Shown: one piece after another, positions 47,646-57,849 of the stretch
Layout of the letters: each line of letters opens with the position of its first letter
Numbering within the stretch: position 1 is the first letter of the stretch
Source of the DNA: an uncultured Bacillota bacterium
Lineage (GTDB): Bacteria; Bacillota_I; Bacilli_A; RF39; UBA660
DNA length: 64,000 nt
Assembly: GCA_947168485.1 (NCBI GenBank)
Contig: CAMVLZ010000001.1
Span: 39,705-103,704, forward strand
Direction of reading: 5' to 3'
Notes under the pieces: generated by a model
Database searches by the model: none
What the model saw: the letters and a program-made list of their open reading frames with translations, nothing else
What the model was told of the DNA's origin: nothing
Made by a program: the position numbers and the translations under genes

Positions 47646-49004
47646 CTAATTATTAGGTAATAATGCGTATATTGCACTTCCTCCTGTTAAATCATCTTTG
47701 TCTGTACTCTTTTGTTTCCATATAAAACTTAAATCTACATATCCATTATTTGATTTTAATAATGGATCAAGTGCATATGTCTGATTATCTTTTAATCTAT
47801 ATAATATTATAGCATGATTCCAGTCTTTTGTAGCAAATTTTCCATTTTGCATCGCAGCATACAAAATATAACCATCTTCTAAGTATTGTTTCATATCATT
47901 AATACTCTTCATTGGTACTACTTTAACATTATAGTGTTGACTTGCGTATATTATACCTTTTCCACTAGTTCCAGCCATTCTTCTATTAAATTGATTAGTA
48001 TTATCATATAAATAACGTGCTATAGTAGATGGATATAATTCTATTTGTTTTATTGATTGAAATGCCATAGCCATAGATGTTGGAGAACAACCTGTTTTTC
48101 CAAATTCATATTTTCCATATTTTTTCTTATTCCATCTTTTATCTTTTTGCATATAGTATTTTGGAATATAATTAATTTTTATAAATTCTCCTTCTTCATT
48201 ACTATAGTATTCATTTCCAAAGATTATGTTTTTACCAGTAACTAATTTACCTTGTTCATTAAATACTAATTGTTTGTCATCAAAAACTTTTATTCCTCTA
48301 GCAGCTTTATATGGATGTGTTTCATTAAAATAATATTTTGAATTATTTATTTCTGTCCATCCTCTTTGTACAATTCCTTGACTATTAGAATAGTAAGTAT
48401 TTGTTTTAGTTTTTTGGAATCCTATTCTTAATTTTCCTGTATCAGTATAAAAATAATATAAATTATTATCTATAGTATGAAATCCTCTAAATGCTTGATA
48501 TGGATATGATTCTTTGAAGTAATATCTAGATCCTTCTATTGTTTTCCATCCAGTTTGTACTATTCCATTTCCATCTGAAAAATATATATTATTTTTTGTT
48601 TTATGCCATCCTTTTCTTAAAGCAGCATTTCCCATGTAAAAATAATATAGTTTTCCATTTATAACATGATATCCTTTATATGCTTTATATGGAGATTGTG
48701 TATTAAAATAGTATCTTTTTCCTTTAATAGTTTGCCATCCTATTTTTACTACTCCATTTTTATCTGAATAATATAGATAATCTCTATCTTTTTGCCATCC
48801 TCTTCTTAAAGTGGCATCTGATTTATAAAAGTAATATAGTTTTCCTTTAATAGTATGGTATCCACGTACTTTTTTATTATTTTGATAGTAATAAGTTTTT
48901 CCTCTTACAGTTTTCCATCCAGTATAGGCATTTACGTTTATACCCATAAATAATATTAATATTGCGATTAATAGTAAACTTTTTTTCATCTTTGTCACCA
49001 CCAC
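47646..49004 (-). CDS. Cell-wall-binding repeat protein with a C-terminal papain-like peptidase_C39-like domain
   Basis: Signal peptide plus CW repeats. The sequence GKTGCSPTSMAMAF with a downstream His/Asp is C39_2-like. Confidence 0.65.
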   Translation of the reverse strand: MVVTKMKKSLLLIAILILFMGINVNAYTGWKTVRGKTYYYQNNKKVRGYHTIKGKLYYFYKSDATLRRGWQKDRDYLYYSDKNGVVKIGWQTIKGKRYYFNTQSPYKAYKGYHVINGKLYYFYMGNAALRKGWHKTKNNIYFSDGNGIVQTGWKTIEGSRYYFKESYPYQAFRGFHTIDNNLYYFYTDTGKLRIGFQKTKTNTYYSNSQGIVQRGWTEINNSKYYFNETHPYKAARGIKVFDDKQLVFNEQGKLVTGKNIIFGNEYYSNEEGEFIKINYIPKYYMQKDKRWNKKKYGKYEFGKTGCSPTSMAMAFQSIKQIELYPSTIARYLYDNTNQFNRRMAGTSGKGIIYASQHYNVKVVPMKSINDMKQYLEDGYILYAAMQNGKFATKDWNHAIILYRLKDNQTYALDPLLKSNNGYVDLSFIWKQKSTDKDDLTGGSAIYALLPNN

Positions 49005-49086
49005 TTTGTATTCTATATTGATGATATCAAATTTACTGTTAATTTACAATTGTATTAAAAAAATAGACAGTTACTTGTCTATTTTT

Positions 49087-50028
49087 TTACATGTCTTTTT
49101 CTGTTTCTTTTACTATATAAATTGGTCTATTTTTAACTTCTAAATATATTTTAGATATATATATTCCAATTACTCCTAAGAAGAATAATTGTAGTCCTCC
49201 TAAGAATGTTATTAAACATACAAGTGTTGGCCATCCACTTACTCCATTACCCATGATAAGTGTTCTAATTAATATAAATATCATATATATAAATGATACT
49301 AAACAGAATATTAAACCTAAATAAGCTGAGATTACTAATGGTTTTGTTGAGAAGGAAACTATTCCTTCTACTGCATATTTAAATAACTTTGTTAATGGGA
49401 ATTTTGATATACCATCTGTTCTATCTGGTGTATCATAACCTATCCATTTAGTATTGAATCCTACATATGTAAATATTCCTTTTATATATCTATTATATTC
49501 ACCCATTTTTAGAATTGAATTTACCATTTGTCTTTTCATTAATCTAAAGTCTCTAGCACCTGGTACTTGAGTTGAATGAGATATTTTTCCTATTAATTTA
49601 TACCAAATTTTAGTTAATCCTTTTCTTAACAAGGAATAATCTTTATGGGAATTAGAATATAGTGCTACACAATCATAATCTTCTTCTTTTATACCTTTAT
49701 ACATCTCTTTTATCATCTCTGGTGGATCTTGTAAATCTACATCCATTACAGTTATATAATCTCCAGTAGCGTTCTCAAATCCTGCATATATACCTGCTTC
49801 TTTACCAAAGTTTCTTGAAAAAGAAATAAATCTTACTCTTTCATCTTTCTTATAAAGTTTTTTCATTTCTTCTAAACTATTATCTGTAGAACCATCATTT
49901 ATATATAATAATTCAAATTCTTGATTGTTCATTTCTTTTGATACTTTATTAACTTCATCATAGAACTTTTTAATACATTCTTCTTCGTTGTAACAAGGTA
50001 CTACTATTGATATTTTATCTTTTTTCAT
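49087..50028 (-). CDS. GtrB/CsbB-like polyprenol-phosphate glycosyltransferase (GT2)
   Basis: VVPCYNEE...NDGSTD...DVDLQDPP, plus 2 C-terminal TM. Confidence 0.8.
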   Translation of the reverse strand: MKKDKISIVVPCYNEEECIKKFYDEVNKVSKEMNNQEFELLYINDGSTDNSLEEMKKLYKKDERVRFISFSRNFGKEAGIYAGFENATGDYITVMDVDLQDPPEMIKEMYKGIKEEDYDCVALYSNSHKDYSLLRKGLTKIWYKLIGKISHSTQVPGARDFRLMKRQMVNSILKMGEYNRYIKGIFTYVGFNTKWIGYDTPDRTDGISKFPLTKLFKYAVEGIVSFSTKPLVISAYLGLIFCLVSFIYMIFILIRTLIMGNGVSGWPTLVCLITFLGGLQLFFLGVIGIYISKIYLEVKNRPIYIVKETEKDM

Positions 50029-50126
50029 ACGTCACCTCTATGTAGATACATTATACCATATTGTTAAATATAAATATATTGTAATTTTATGAATTTATTT
50101 TATAATAAAGAAAAGGATGTGTAATT

Positions 50127-51617
50127 ATGTCTAAGAATAAAGATACTGAATTATTTGAGAAAGCTATTAGTAAGAAAGTTAATACATATAAACTCAACAA
50201 TAGTAGTAAAATTTTAGTAATTATTTCTTTATTACTAAGTATATTTTATTTTATACATAATATAGTTATTGATAATAGTATTTATTATATACTTAGTTCT
50301 TTATTATTATTAGTATTTAATATTATATTTATACTCTTAATATTTAGAATTTATATTAAGAAGAAGAGTTTAGTTATACTTAGTTCTTTATTATTAATTA
50401 TTATTTATATATTTAATATACTTATTAATTTTAGTATTATTAGTATTACTCCTAATACAGATGATTCATTATATGGAAAAGATTTGGATACTTTAATTAA
50501 ATATAGTAAAGATAATGATATAAAGTTAGAATATGATTATGAGTATAGTGATATGATTAAAGAAAATCATGTTATTAGTTATATATTAGATAAAGATAAT
50601 ATGAAAGTTGTGATGAGTTTAGGTAGTAATCCTTATAAGACTATTAATATTCCTAATATGATTTCTTGGACTGATGAAGATGTATTAAAATACTTAGAAG
50701 ATAATAAAATATTTAATATTAAGATTAAGTATGTAGATAGTGATAAAATTGAAAATAGTTTAGTTGATCAAAGTAAAAAAGGATTATTTAAGAGAGATGA
50801 ATTATTAGAATTAGAGTTTTCTCATGGTAATGAGATGAGTATTGATGAATGTAAAGTTAGAGATTTAACTAATATGAGTATTGCTCAAGTTATAATGTAT
50901 TTAGAAAAGAATCATTTAAATTATGAAATTATTAAAGATTATTCTAAATTAGATAAAAATTATGTTTATAAACAGTCTATTGATCCTGGTACTAAAGTTA
51001 AAGTAAATGATAAGACTATTAAAGTATATGTAAGTAAAGGTAAAAAGATTAAGATGATTGATGTTACTAATAAGGATATAGATAGTGTTAATGAATGGTT
51101 ACTTAAGAATAATTTAATAGTTAAATATGAAGAGAAATATGATTCTAAAGTTAAAAAAGATCATGTTATTAAAGCTAATAAGAATAAAGGTGATAATGTT
51201 ACTACTGGTGAAGTTATTACTATATATCTTTCTAAGGGTAAACTTCTTATGAAGAAATTTAAGACTTTTGATCAATTTAAGAGTTGGGCTAAAAAGTATG
51301 AAATAACTTATGAAGAAGAATATAAATTTAGTAAAGATTATGATACTGGAGAGATTATTTCTACTTCAATTAAACCTGGTGAAGCTGTTTCTAGTGATGA
51401 TGTTATTACTGTAGTTATTAGTGAAGGTAAAAAGAATACTATGATTGATGTAGTTGGTATGGATAAAGATGAAGCTATTAAGAAGTTAGAAGATAATAAT
51501 ATTAAGTATAATATTTCTTATGAAAAGGGAGATAAAGATAAAGTATTAAAACAATCTATTAGAGAGGGTTCTGAGATTAGTAAAGATACTACTGTTTCTC
51601 TTATTATAGGTAAATAA
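50127..51617 (+). CDS. Membrane protein with 4-5 tandem PASTA-like repeats and no kinase or PBP domain
   Basis: N-terminal TM helices. The repeats have the form ...vtgmdkDeaikkLeen...kgdkdkVlkQSi.G..isk.ttvsliig. Confidence 0.55.
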   Translation: MSKNKDTELFEKAISKKVNTYKLNNSSKILVIISLLLSIFYFIHNIVIDNSIYYILSSLLLLVFNIIFILLIFRIYIKKKSLVILSSLLLIIIYIFNILINFSIISITPNTDDSLYGKDLDTLIKYSKDNDIKLEYDYEYSDMIKENHVISYILDKDNMKVVMSLGSNPYKTINIPNMISWTDEDVLKYLEDNKIFNIKIKYVDSDKIENSLVDQSKKGLFKRDELLELEFSHGNEMSIDECKVRDLTNMSIAQVIMYLEKNHLNYEIIKDYSKLDKNYVYKQSIDPGTKVKVNDKTIKVYVSKGKKIKMIDVTNKDIDSVNEWLLKNNLIVKYEEKYDSKVKKDHVIKANKNKGDNVTTGEVITIYLSKGKLLMKKFKTFDQFKSWAKKYEITYEEEYKFSKDYDTGEIISTSIKPGEAVSSDDVITVVISEGKKNTMIDVVGMDKDEAIKKLEDNNIKYNISYEKGDKDKVLKQSIREGSEISKDTTVSLIIGK

Positions 51618-51618
51618 A

Positions 51619-51647
51619 AAGTAAGCAATGAATGCTTACTTTTTTTA
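51619..51647. terminator. Bidirectional terminator GTAAGCAatgaaTGCTTAC plus T-run
   Basis: Hairpin between convergent genes. Confidence 0.6.
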
Positions 51648-54600
51648 TCTTAATGCTCCTGTTTTAGGATAGAAATAGTATAATTTACCATTTATTCTAT
51701 GATATCCTCTAAATGCTTTGAATGGTGTTTTATAACTAAAGTAGTATGTCTTTCCATTTATTTTTTGCCATCCTTTTTTAACTATACCATTTTTATCTGA
51801 ATAATAGTAATTTGTTCTATCTATTTGCCATCCTGTTCTTAATTTTCCAGATCCTTGATAGAAGTAATATAATTTACCATCTATAGTTTGATAATTTCTA
51901 TAGGCTTTATATGGAGCTTTATAACTAAAGTAGTATTTATGGTTACCTATAGTTTGCCATCCTTTTTTAACTATACCATTTTTATCTGAATAATAGTAAT
52001 TTGTTCTATCTATTTGCCATCCTACTCTTAGTTTAGCAGTTCCTTGATAGAAGTAATATAATTTACCATCAATAGTTTGATAATTAGTATATCCATGACC
52101 ATCTTTCTTATCAAAGTAATATTTACTACCATTAATTGTAGTCCATCCTATAGATAGAGAACCATCAACTGTACTATTGTAATATTTACCATTTATCTTA
52201 CCAAACTTATTCTTTCTTAGAACTCCTTTAGAATCAAAATAGTAAATCTTCTTATCAATAGTTTTAAATCCAGTAGTTAATTTATTATTTACATAGTAAT
52301 ATGTATTATTATTCTCTTCTACCCAACCATTCTTTATATTTTTTACTTCTATAGTAAATTCTTTCTCAACTATATTATTTTGAGAATCAGTTACTTTATA
52401 TTTAACAGTATATTCTCCTGGTGTAGATACATCTACATTGTCTTCTAGAACTTCTACTTTAGATGTAATATTACCATCTTCATAATCAGTTACTTTAACA
52501 TTAGTTTTAGCATCATATTTTCCATTTAAGTAGAATATGTTAGATATTAATGTAATTTCTGGATCATGATCTTTTTCTACTGTTACTTTTATTTCTTTAG
52601 TAACTGTTTGATTTGCGGAATCTGTTACTTGATAAATTACTTTATAAGTACCTAATTTAGTAATATCAATAGTGTTTTCTTTTACTACTATTTTACTTGT
52701 AATATTACCATCTTCTGGATCTTTAGCTGTTGCGAATGATAAGACATTGTATGTTGAGTTTTGTGATAATACTTTATCAGTTGCGGTAATAGTTGGTACT
52801 TGATTAGTATTTATTACAATATTATTTTTATAATTATACTTAGTTATTTTTACATTTGGAGCTTTAGCTAGAGTCCAACCAAATTCTTGTTTAGAACCAT
52901 CTAAATCTACTGGTACTTTATACCATAATTCTCCACTTACTGTTTTAGATCCTAATATTGGGAAATATGTATTAGTATATAATCCTGATATTAGTGTAGC
53001 TTTTGTATCTTTAGTAGTACTATTTACCCATGAGTATGCATTAGATGAAGTAGATACTGTTTCTAAACCATAATCAGAGTTTACAATACTTATAGTGTTT
53101 GCTGGTACCCAATGTTTTTGATCATACCAATAATCACTTGTTACTAACATAGAAACTGCTTTTTTAGCTTTATCATAAGCTATAGCATATATCATTACAT
53201 ATCTATTTGTTTTTAATTTTTTACCTGTTTTTTGAGTTAAAGTAGAATCATAATAATATAAAGTTTCTTTAGTAGTTTTTCCTACTCCAGGTTTTAATGT
53301 AGCATCTTTTTCCATTAAGTCATAAGTATAATCACTATCTTTATAAGAGAATACATTATTTGGATTTTTATATCCTGACACAGGTTTATTTATTTTTAAT
53401 ACATCAGCTGAGTTTACATATAAATATTTATTCCAATTATATGCTCCTGAGATTACTTTGTAATTATTATCTAAATTTAGATCAGATACTACTTTATACC
53501 AAGTAGTGTTTCCTTCTTTAGTCTCTCCTACTATTACTAAAGCATCTTCATATTCTGGATATTTATATATAGTAGTTGAAGAAGCTGAAGCTGACTTTTT
53601 GGCAGCTGTTGATTTTTTAACAATACCTAGTGAATAGTAATTATAATCTTGTAGTCCATTAGCTTTATCAAAATAATAATAATTTGAAGCCATCTTTTCT
53701 GACCAATATGGGTCTGATGCATATTTTACATTCATACCAATTGCTTTATTACCAAATTGTGGTCCAAAGTATAATGAATGAGTTGCTTTTGCATACTTAT
53801 TAGTTATCCAATCTCTTGAATATCCCATTATTGATGAAGCAAATGATGGATACCAATTAGCTGCTTGATATGGGTTTGAATCAACTGCATTTAATCCAAA
53901 ACCATTATTCTTATTTATAGCTAGAGAACTTGTACCATTACCTGTTTCATTTCTACTTAAACTGTATGATAATAAGGCATTTACTCCATTTACTTGTTGA
54001 GCATTATAGAAGAATGTTCCTGATCCATATAATCTTGATGTTTTAGATTCTGCTGATTTACCATAAACATTTCTAGTATATGATTTTCTAATATACTCAT
54101 CTATATTAATTGCTGAATAGTTTGTTTTAGTATGATTAGATAAATACATATAATAGTTATAATATGGTTCTTTTGCATTTACAGCATTCTTTGTAGTATT
54201 TGCTTTATAATCAGTTAACATTGATTTTAAATTTTTATAGAAATAATGACCATCATAAGAATAATAAGTACCTTTAGCTAACATAGTAGGTTTAGGTCCT
54301 ATTACACGTCCAGCACTTCCTGAATATGCAAATTGAGGTCTATTAACATAATTATGTTTAATCTCATCAGTTATTGTATATTTAGAAGTTGCTTTTACCC
54401 ATGGAAATGGAACTATTTCTAATTCAGAAGCATTCATCCATCCAGTGAATCCTGCTATTTTAACTTTAGCTGAATAAATCTTTTTAGCTGATACATATAC
54501 AATATCAGCTAGAGCTCCATCAATTCCCATAGAAGTATCTACTGTATTAATATAAGTATATTTTCTAGTAGTTAAATCAGATTTTTCATATAAGTTAGTA

Positions 54601-54896
54601 GTTGATGCCGGATTAAAACTGAAATCAACAATTCCATATTTAGCATAAACTATTTTAGTTTTATTATTTACTTTAGTAAGGATAACTCTTCTATCACTAG
54701 TAGATGCATCTACTGCTTTTTTAGCAGCATCAAAAGATGAGTAACAGCCTACTTCGTTTAATTTACCATTATCTTGAGCATCACTTACTTCGAATGCTCC
54801 GCATATTTTATCATTTTGATAATCTAAATATGTATATGCATGAACATTAGTACTTAAGAGTAACACCCAAATTATAAGTAGATAAATCTTCTTCAT
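51645..54896 (-). CDS. Large autolysin with a GH73 N-acetylglucosaminidase-like domain, Ig-like domains and C-terminal cell-wall-binding repeats. The start has been reassigned to MKKIYLL.
   Basis: LSRNETGNGTSSLAINKNNGFGLNA and KYASDPYWSEKMA resemble GH73. DPEDGNITSK Ig-like repeats occur twice, followed by about 8 CW repeats. AGGAGGGG precedes the ATG at 54896. Confidence 0.65.
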   Translation of the reverse strand: MKKIYLLIIWVLLLSTNVHAYTYLDYQNDKICGAFEVSDAQDNGKLNEVGCYSSFDAAKKAVDASTSDRRVILTKVNNKTKIVYAKYGIVDFSFNPASTTNLYEKSDLTTRKYTYINTVDTSMGIDGALADIVYVSAKKIYSAKVKIAGFTGWMNASELEIVPFPWVKATSKYTITDEIKHNYVNRPQFAYSGSAGRVIGPKPTMLAKGTYYSYDGHYFYKNLKSMLTDYKANTTKNAVNAKEPYYNYYMYLSNHTKTNYSAINIDEYIRKSYTRNVYGKSAESKTSRLYGSGTFFYNAQQVNGVNALLSYSLSRNETGNGTSSLAINKNNGFGLNAVDSNPYQAANWYPSFASSIMGYSRDWITNKYAKATHSLYFGPQFGNKAIGMNVKYASDPYWSEKMASNYYYFDKANGLQDYNYYSLGIVKKSTAAKKSASASSTTIYKYPEYEDALVIVGETKEGNTTWYKVVSDLNLDNNYKVISGAYNWNKYLYVNSADVLKINKPVSGYKNPNNVFSYKDSDYTYDLMEKDATLKPGVGKTTKETLYYYDSTLTQKTGKKLKTNRYVMIYAIAYDKAKKAVSMLVTSDYWYDQKHWVPANTISIVNSDYGLETVSTSSNAYSWVNSTTKDTKATLISGLYTNTYFPILGSKTVSGELWYKVPVDLDGSKQEFGWTLAKAPNVKITKYNYKNNIVINTNQVPTITATDKVLSQNSTYNVLSFATAKDPEDGNITSKIVVKENTIDITKLGTYKVIYQVTDSANQTVTKEIKVTVEKDHDPEITLISNIFYLNGKYDAKTNVKVTDYEDGNITSKVEVLEDNVDVSTPGEYTVKYKVTDSQNNIVEKEFTIEVKNIKNGWVEENNNTYYYVNNKLTTGFKTIDKKIYYFDSKGVLRKNKFGKINGKYYNSTVDGSLSIGWTTINGSKYYFDKKDGHGYTNYQTIDGKLYYFYQGTAKLRVGWQIDRTNYYYSDKNGIVKKGWQTIGNHKYYFSYKAPYKAYRNYQTIDGKLYYFYQGSGKLRTGWQIDRTNYYYSDKNGIVKKGWQKINGKTYYFSYKTPFKAFRGYHRINGKLYYFYPKTGALR

Positions 54897-55160
54897 GAGC
54901 ACCCCTCCTATCTTATACTTATTCATTTTGATTTTATCATACTAATTATTTTTTTTATATACATTAACCTACACTTTTTTTGTTTTACATAGAATTTTAC
55001 ATAGTTGTTTTTTAATAATTTGTTGATATATATAAATATTTTACACTTAGTTTACTCTAATTATTATTGTTTATATTCTACTTACTGAAGGTTAATTGTA
55101 AACTTGATAAAACTGGTATATTTGGTATAATTAGTTAGGACATATTTTGGAGGAATAAAC

Positions 55161-57125
55161 ATGGCAAAGAAGAAAAAGAAGGTTATTAATAATAATAAAA
55201 AATCATTAGGATTTTTACTTAGAGTACTTACTCTACTTTCTATAGTATGTAGTGGTGCGGCGATATATGAATTATATTTACTTGATGGTGTTGAAAATAC
55301 TATTAGGTATATAGTTATAGGTATAATTGCTCTTATAACAATGTGTATAATCATTTATACTCATAATATAAATAATAAGATTAAACATAAGAAGAATAAT
55401 AGGAGTCGAAAAGTATTTGTTACATTTGTAGTTTTTTATACTATTATTTGTGCATTGATTGCTGGTGTAATTAATTATGTTTATGGTACATTAGATAACT
55501 TTAATAAGAAAGAAATATTATATACTTCAGATCTTATTGTTATGAATAGTAATAAAGCTAAAGATATTGGTGATATTACTGATATGAAGATAGGTATGTT
55601 ATCTGATAAGAATTCACCTGATGGTTATAAGATACCTCAATTAATGATTAAAGAGAATGATTTAGATAAAGATAATGATATTAAATCTTATGATGATTAT
55701 ACTTCAATGATAGTTGATTTATATGCTGGTAATGTGGATGCTTTATTAATTACTGATAATTATGTATCATTATTTAATTCTATTGATACTTATAAAGATA
55801 TAGAAGATAAGACTAAAGTTATTATTTCTAAGAGTAAAAAATATAAGAAAACTGATACAGATAATGTTTCAGCTTCAGGTAAATCTGTTACTGAACCATT
55901 TACTCTATTATTAATGGGTATTGATTCTCCTGCTGAAGTATTAGAAAAGAATGCTGTTGCGAATGGAGATACATTAATAGTAGTTACATTTAATCCTAAG
56001 ACATTGAATGCTACTATGTTATCTATTCCTAGAGATACTTATGTTCCTATAAGTGGTTGGAATGGAGATAGAAATAAGATTACTCATGCTGCTGCATATG
56101 GTAATGATTGTATGATTAAAACTATTCAAAATTTCTTAGATATAGATATTGATTATTATGCTAAAGTTAATTTTAAGGGATTAGTTAAATTAGTAGATGC
56201 TGTTGGTGGTGTTGAAATAGATGTTCAACAAAGACTATGTACTGATAATTCAGATAGACGTGGTCAAATATGTATTGAACCTGGATATCAAACATTAGAT
56301 GGTGAACATGCTTTGGTTTATGCTAGAAATAGAAAACAACTTGCTAATGGTGATTTTGGTAGAGGAATTCATCAACAAGAAATCATTATGGCTTTAATGG
56401 ATAAGATTAAAGAAATAGATGATGTTTCTACATTTACTAAGATTATTAATACAGTAAGTAATAATATGGATACTAATTTATCTACTAAACAAATGTTATC
56501 ATTCTATGGATTAGCTAAAAATATAATGAATACTAGTATGAGTTCTAAAAATGCTGATATTATTAATATTCAAAGATTATATATAGCTGGTAGTGGTCAA
56601 ATGATATATGATTCTAGAATGAAAATGAATTTATATAATTATGTTCCAAATACACAAAGTGTTGAAGATGTAATAGAAGCTATGCATCAAAACTTAGAAA
56701 CTGAAGATCATGAGGAAATTACTTCATTTAGTTTCTCAATAAATGAACCTTATGAAAAAGTAGTTATTGGTGAAGGACCATATAATACAGGTTATGAAAA
56801 AGTAACTTCTCAAGCACCTGTTCAAAAGACAAGTGCTACTGTACCAGATTTTACTGGAGATACTAAATCACAAGCACAATCTTATGCTAATAGTCATGGT
56901 ATAAGTGTTACATTCGTAGGAAGTGGAAATATTGTTATTAGACAGAGTCATTCTGCTGGTACTTCTTTAGATGATGTTAAAGGATCAATTACATTAACTT
57001 TAGGAAGTAATAATACAAATAATACTACTACAACACAGACTCAAACTGATACAGTTCCTACTCCTACACCAACACCTCCTACCACAGCTCCAGAAACTGA
57101 GAAGACTGATGAAAATACACCATAA
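55161..57125 (+). CDS. LytR-CpsA-Psr (LCP) family glycopolymer ligase with a C-terminal PASTA-like/T,P-rich extension
   Basis: N-terminal TM, then TLIVVTFNPKTLNATMLSIPRDTYV...VNFKGLVKLVDAVGGVEIDV. Confidence 0.8.
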   Translation: MAKKKKKVINNNKKSLGFLLRVLTLLSIVCSGAAIYELYLLDGVENTIRYIVIGIIALITMCIIIYTHNINNKIKHKKNNRSRKVFVTFVVFYTIICALIAGVINYVYGTLDNFNKKEILYTSDLIVMNSNKAKDIGDITDMKIGMLSDKNSPDGYKIPQLMIKENDLDKDNDIKSYDDYTSMIVDLYAGNVDALLITDNYVSLFNSIDTYKDIEDKTKVIISKSKKYKKTDTDNVSASGKSVTEPFTLLLMGIDSPAEVLEKNAVANGDTLIVVTFNPKTLNATMLSIPRDTYVPISGWNGDRNKITHAAAYGNDCMIKTIQNFLDIDIDYYAKVNFKGLVKLVDAVGGVEIDVQQRLCTDNSDRRGQICIEPGYQTLDGEHALVYARNRKQLANGDFGRGIHQQEIIMALMDKIKEIDDVSTFTKIINTVSNNMDTNLSTKQMLSFYGLAKNIMNTSMSSKNADIINIQRLYIAGSGQMIYDSRMKMNLYNYVPNTQSVEDVIEAMHQNLETEDHEEITSFSFSINEPYEKVVIGEGPYNTGYEKVTSQAPVQKTSATVPDFTGDTKSQAQSYANSHGISVTFVGSGNIVIRQSHSAGTSLDDVKGSITLTLGSNNTNNTTTTQTQTDTVPTPTPTPPTTAPETEKTDENTP

Positions 57126-57126
57126 A

Positions 57127-57184
57127 AGAACTATGAAAATAGTTCTTTTTTTTACAATAAAAAAGGCATATTTCTATGCCTTTT
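57127..57184. terminator. Two back-to-back terminators. AGAACTATgaaaATAGTTCT plus T7 serves the plus-strand gene. GGCATAtttcTATGCC serves the minus-strand gene.
   Basis: Hairpins with appropriately oriented T-runs. Confidence 0.65.
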
Positions 57185-57836
57185 CATTTATTTCTTGTAA
57201 TTCTACTACTTCTAGTTTTTTATTGTTATTTACTAGGATTAATATCCCATCAGATTGATAATCATCGAAGTCTGATTTAGTATATGACCATTTTAATCTT
57301 ACTTTATATGCTTTAGTATCTGTTTGTTCTACATCTTTTTTATTTTTTGTAATTGTATATTTAAATGTAGTTTGTTCTATATTTTCTACTGATGGTTTAG
57401 TTACTCTTGGTAGATTTTGATTTCTTTTACCATAGATATTACTTTCTACATACTTATAATATTCATTTTCTGCAGCCTCTAAGAAATTCTTTTCTACATA
57501 AGGACTTACAAATTCTACTCCACCAACATCAGTTTTAGCAACTTTATAATCTAATGAGAAGAAATCATATATAAACATTTGACTAATCTTTTTAGCATAT
57601 GCTTCTTTATTTACCTTTTCTTCTGATAGTATTTCTTTTAATTCACTAAACATTTTCTTATATTCTTCAGGATGACTAGATTTTAAATTATATCCATATC
57701 CTGGTATTGAATCTACCTTTTTAATTTTAGTTGGTGAACCAGATAAATACTTAGTATAGATAAAATATCCAGCTACTGCGATTATAATTATTAAAAATAA
57801 TATTAATACTACTTTTGTTTTCTTTTTTAATTTCAT
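57174..57836 (-). CDS. Membrane-anchored hypothetical protein, cotranscribed with LtaS
   Basis: N-terminal TM. Confidence 0.45.
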   Translation of the reverse strand: MKLKKKTKVVLILFLIIIIAVAGYFIYTKYLSGSPTKIKKVDSIPGYGYNLKSSHPEEYKKMFSELKEILSEEKVNKEAYAKKISQMFIYDFFSLDYKVAKTDVGGVEFVSPYVEKNFLEAAENEYYKYVESNIYGKRNQNLPRVTKPSVENIEQTTFKYTITKNKKDVEQTDTKAYKVRLKWSYTKSDFDDYQSDGILILVNNNKKLEVVELQEINEKA

Positions 57837-57849
57837 TAGATTATCTCCT

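Noticed and set aside
47646-47677. 32-nt overlap between the two cell-wall-binding-repeat genes, which could suggest a single frameshifted gene
   Set aside because: The downstream gene has a proper signal peptide starting at an internal ATG at 47635, preceded by AGGAGG. With that start the genes are separate and 10 nt apart.
55082-55354. 90-aa minus-strand ORF overlapping the LCP gene start
   Set aside because: It is antisense to a well-supported LCP coding region and its promoter. It has extreme low-complexity composition and no RBS, as expected for chance ORFs in AT-rich DNA.
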